DNA of 38,183 nucleotides from a virus (Duplodnaviria; Heunggongvirae; Uroviricota; Caudoviricetes): IMG/VR virus record IMGVR_UViG_2713896906_000008; one strand, 5' to 3'. Shown piece by piece: positions 35,563 to 38,183 of this stretch (position 1 is its first letter; each line of letters starts with the position of its first letter). The notes under the pieces were generated by a model. It saw only the letters and a program-made list of their open reading frames with translations, ran no database searches and was not told where the DNA came from. The position numbers and the translations under genes were made by a program.

Positions 35563-37248
35563 TTATCCGAGTCCTGGCCACACCATTACAATGATTGTCC
35601 CCGCCAGCGTCAGTAGCACGTTAGCTATTGCATAGGTACCTGCATAGCCCAGCGCCGGGATATTACTGCGCGCAGTATCGCTGATAATCTCCATTGCCGG
35701 AGCGCAAGTACGTGCTCCCATCATTGCGCCGAATAACAGCGCGCGGTTCATACGCAGTACGTAAGCACCGAACAGGAAGCAGATAACCACTGGCACCAGA
35801 CTGACAATCAATCCGGCAATTAGCATTTGACCGCCAATTGCACCAAGGCCGTTATTGATGCCGCTACCGGCGCTTAAACCAACGCCTGCCATAAACACCA
35901 TCAAACCGAACTCTTTCACCATGCTTAAGGCACCCTGCGGAATATAGCCGAAGGTAGGATGGTTGGCGCGCATAAAGCCCAGCATAATACCGGCAAATAA
36001 CAATCCGGCAGCATTACCCATGCCAAAGCTAAATGTACTGAACTGGAAAGTGATCATCCCAATCATCAGACCAATGACAAAGAATGCGCAGAATGCCAGC
36101 AAATCGGTAACCTGGCTGTGAATTGAGATAAAGCCAATGCGATCGGCGATGGTTTTCACGCGACGGGCATCACCACTGACTTGCAACACGTCACCTTTAT
36201 TAAGTACCACGTTGTCATCGATTGGCATCTCTATCTGGCTGCGGATGACGCGGTTAAGGAAGCAACCGTGATCGGTCAATTTCAATTGCGCCAGACGTTT
36301 ACCAACGGCGTTATGGTTTTTAACTACTACCTCTTCAGTGACGATACGCATATCGAGAAGGTCACGATCAAAAACTTCTTTACCGTTACGGAAGCTGGGA
36401 TCGAGTCGGGCGTGGGCGTCAGGGTAACCGACCAACGCAATTTCATCACCCATTTGCAGCACGGCATCGCCATCCGGGTTCGCCAGAATCCCATTACGGC
36501 GGATACGCTCGATATAGCAACCCGTTTGCCGATAGATGCCCAGTTCTCGCAGATTTTTGCCGTCGGTCCATGCAACCAGTTCCGGGCCGACGCGGTAGGC
36601 GCGGATGACAGGTAAATAGACTTTACGGCTGGCGTCGGTGTCCAGACCTCGTTCACGGGCGATCTGTTGAGCACTGGTCTGCAAGTCCTGATGCTGCAAC
36701 TTCGGTAAATAACGCGCGCCGACAATCAGACTGACCAGACCAATTAAATAGGTTAACGCATACCCGAGGCTAAGATTATCCAGTGCCAGAGAGAGCTGCC
36801 TGCTTTCCATACCAGAATGGCGTAACGTATCGCCGGCACCAACCAGAACTGGTGTTGAAGTCATGGAGCCAGCTAACATCCCGGCTGTCAGGCCGATGTC
36901 CCAGCCAAACAGCTTACCCAGCCCTAAGGCGATCAGCAGCGCACTGCCGACCATTACCAGGGCTAACATTAGATAATTTTTCCCATCGCGAAAAAAAATG
37001 GAAAAAAAGTTGGGTCCGGCTTCGACCCCGACGCAGAAAATAAACAGCATAAAACCAAGATTCAGTGCGTCGGTGTTAATGCTGAAATGTTGTTGGCCTA
37101 ATAACAGCGATACGACCAAAACGCCAATGGAATTACCCAGTTGGATTGAGCCAAGTCGTAATTTCCCGAGACACAGCCCAAGCGCGAGGACCACAAATAA
37201 TAACAGAATGTAATTCCCATTTAACAATTCGGCGACGTTTATATTCAC
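35563..37248 (-). CDS. ybjL: putative transporter YbjL (AAE family)
   Basis: 561 aa, [28 protein letters not shown]... recognised as E. coli YbjL. Confidence 0.9.
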   Translation of the reverse strand: MNINVAELLNGNYILLLFVVLALGLCLGKLRLGSIQLGNSIGVLVVSLLLGQQHFSINTDALNLGFMLFIFCVGVEAGPNFFSIFFRDGKNYLMLALVMVGSALLIALGLGKLFGWDIGLTAGMLAGSMTSTPVLVGAGDTLRHSGMESRQLSLALDNLSLGYALTYLIGLVSLIVGARYLPKLQHQDLQTSAQQIARERGLDTDASRKVYLPVIRAYRVGPELVAWTDGKNLRELGIYRQTGCYIERIRRNGILANPDGDAVLQMGDEIALVGYPDAHARLDPSFRNGKEVFDRDLLDMRIVTEEVVVKNHNAVGKRLAQLKLTDHGCFLNRVIRSQIEMPIDDNVVLNKGDVLQVSGDARRVKTIADRIGFISIHSQVTDLLAFCAFFVIGLMIGMITFQFSTFSFGMGNAAGLLFAGIMLGFMRANHPTFGYIPQGALSMVKEFGLMVFMAGVGLSAGSGINNGLGAIGGQMLIAGLIVSLVPVVICFLFGAYVLRMNRALLFGAMMGARTCAPAMEIISDTARSNIPALGYAGTYAIANVLLTLAGTIIVMVWPGLG

Positions 37249-37516
37249 GGAGACTAACTTCTTGTTTACGAGTAAGCTGTTGAAAGAAATGGTAATTTAC
37301 GATAATGTTTTTACCAGAACTCAGGGCGCAGATTCATTCAGCGCACCTAAACGATAGTAAAGCAACAATATATTTTACTAGTGTAATCACATTAGGTACC
37401 AGCGGCTATAAGAATTGCGTTGGCCTATATTAGCATGGAATGCGAAGCGGCTTTATCTTACTGAACGCCACACTGGCGAAAAATGTGTTCGATAGACGCA
37501 GTGTCAGGAGGAACGA

Positions 37517-37894
37517 GTGAAACATAAACAACGTTGGGCGGGGGCAATCTGCTGTTTTGTCCTTTTCATTGTGGTGTGCCTCTTTCTGGCGACGCATATG
37601 AAAGGCGCTTTTCGGGCTGCCGGGCACCCTGAAATCGGTCTGCTGTTTTTCATTCTTCCTGGAGCGGTTGCCAGCTTTTTTTCACAGCGTAGAGAAGTTC
37701 TTAAACCGCTGTTTGGCGCAATGCTGGCAGCACCGTGCTCGATGTTAATTATGCGACTGTTTTTTTCTCCCACCCGCTCATTTTGGCAGGAGCTGGCGTG
37801 GTTATTAAGTGCAGTCTTCTGGTGTGCGCTGGGAGCGTTGTGCTTCTTATTTATCAGCAATCTGTTCAAGCCACATCACAGAAAAAATCAATAA
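37517..37894 (+). CDS. ybjM: inner membrane protein YbjM
   Basis: 125-aa hydrophobic protein between ybjL and grxA as in E. coli K-12. Confidence 0.85.
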   Translation: MKHKQRWAGAICCFVLFIVVCLFLATHMKGAFRAAGHPEIGLLFFILPGAVASFFSQRREVLKPLFGAMLAAPCSMLIMRLFFSPTRSFWQELAWLLSAVFWCALGALCFLFISNLFKPHHRKNQ

Positions 37895-37925
37895 AGCCCT
37901 CAAACAGAGAGGGCTTATCCGGCGA

Positions 37926-38183
37926 TCAGGCGTCAAGATTCTCTTTCACCCATGCGGCAAAATCGGTATAGCCGCCAATGTGTTGCTGATCGACAAAAAT
38001 CTGCGGCACGGTTTCTACAGGCTTCCCGGCTTTCTGCTGCAAATCTTCTTTAGTGATCCCTTCAGCACGAATATCAACATACTGATACTGAAAATCATCA
38101 CGTTCGTTGCTCAACTGCTCTGCCAGATCTTTCGCTCGCACGCAGTAAGGACATCCCGGGCGCCCAAAAATAACGGTTTGCAT
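37926..38183 (-). CDS. grxA: glutaredoxin 1
   Basis: 85 aa with CPYC active site (MQTVIFGRPGCPYCVRAK...). Confidence 0.92.
   Translation of the reverse strand: MQTVIFGRPGCPYCVRAKDLAEQLSNERDDFQYQYVDIRAEGITKEDLQQKAGKPVETVPQIFVDQQHIGGYTDFAAWVKENLDA

Noticed and set aside
35434-35616. 60-aa plus-strand ORF spanning the prophage/host junction
   Set aside because: Crosses the ybjL terminator and the ybjL 3' end; most likely spurious.

Overview
The window is almost entirely a 186/P2-like temperate myovirus prophage (about 1 to 35.3 kb) integrated downstream of ybjL in an Escherichia/Shigella-type chromosome, with host genes ybjL, ybjM and grxA at the right edge. Gene order is int, [cargo], cI, apl/cox-like, cII, early genes, TraR-like, dam, replication gene A, [variable region], cos, [cargo], Q, P, then O N M L X, holin, endolysin, LysB/LysC, R, S, [cargo], V W J I H G, FI FII E/E' T U D, ogr. 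The backbone is recognisable from protein motifs recalled from memory (no database search was run). Ogr-type late promoter dyads (TGT-N12-ACA) precede O, V and FI, a LexA box sits after gene A, and the E/E' -1 frameshift site is present. Four AT-rich cargo islands interrupt the backbone, and these hold the candidate novel systems: (1) a 400-aa protein plus 4-TM membrane protein downstream of cI, positioned like lambda rexAB; (2) after gene A, an SOS-controlled small ORF followed by a three-gene operon of a DEDDh exonuclease-like protein, a HipA-family kinase core and a coupled HipA-N-like partner; (3) between cos and Q, a 3-TM membrane protein followed by three overlapping mini-ORFs each with its own Shine-Dalgarno and a polyproline tract; (4) between S and V, a 64-aa ORF plus a 421-aa protein with a possible HEPN Rx4H motif. 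The cI repressor also carries a tandem duplication of its DNA-binding domain. attL lies outside the window, so the att core could not be defined.
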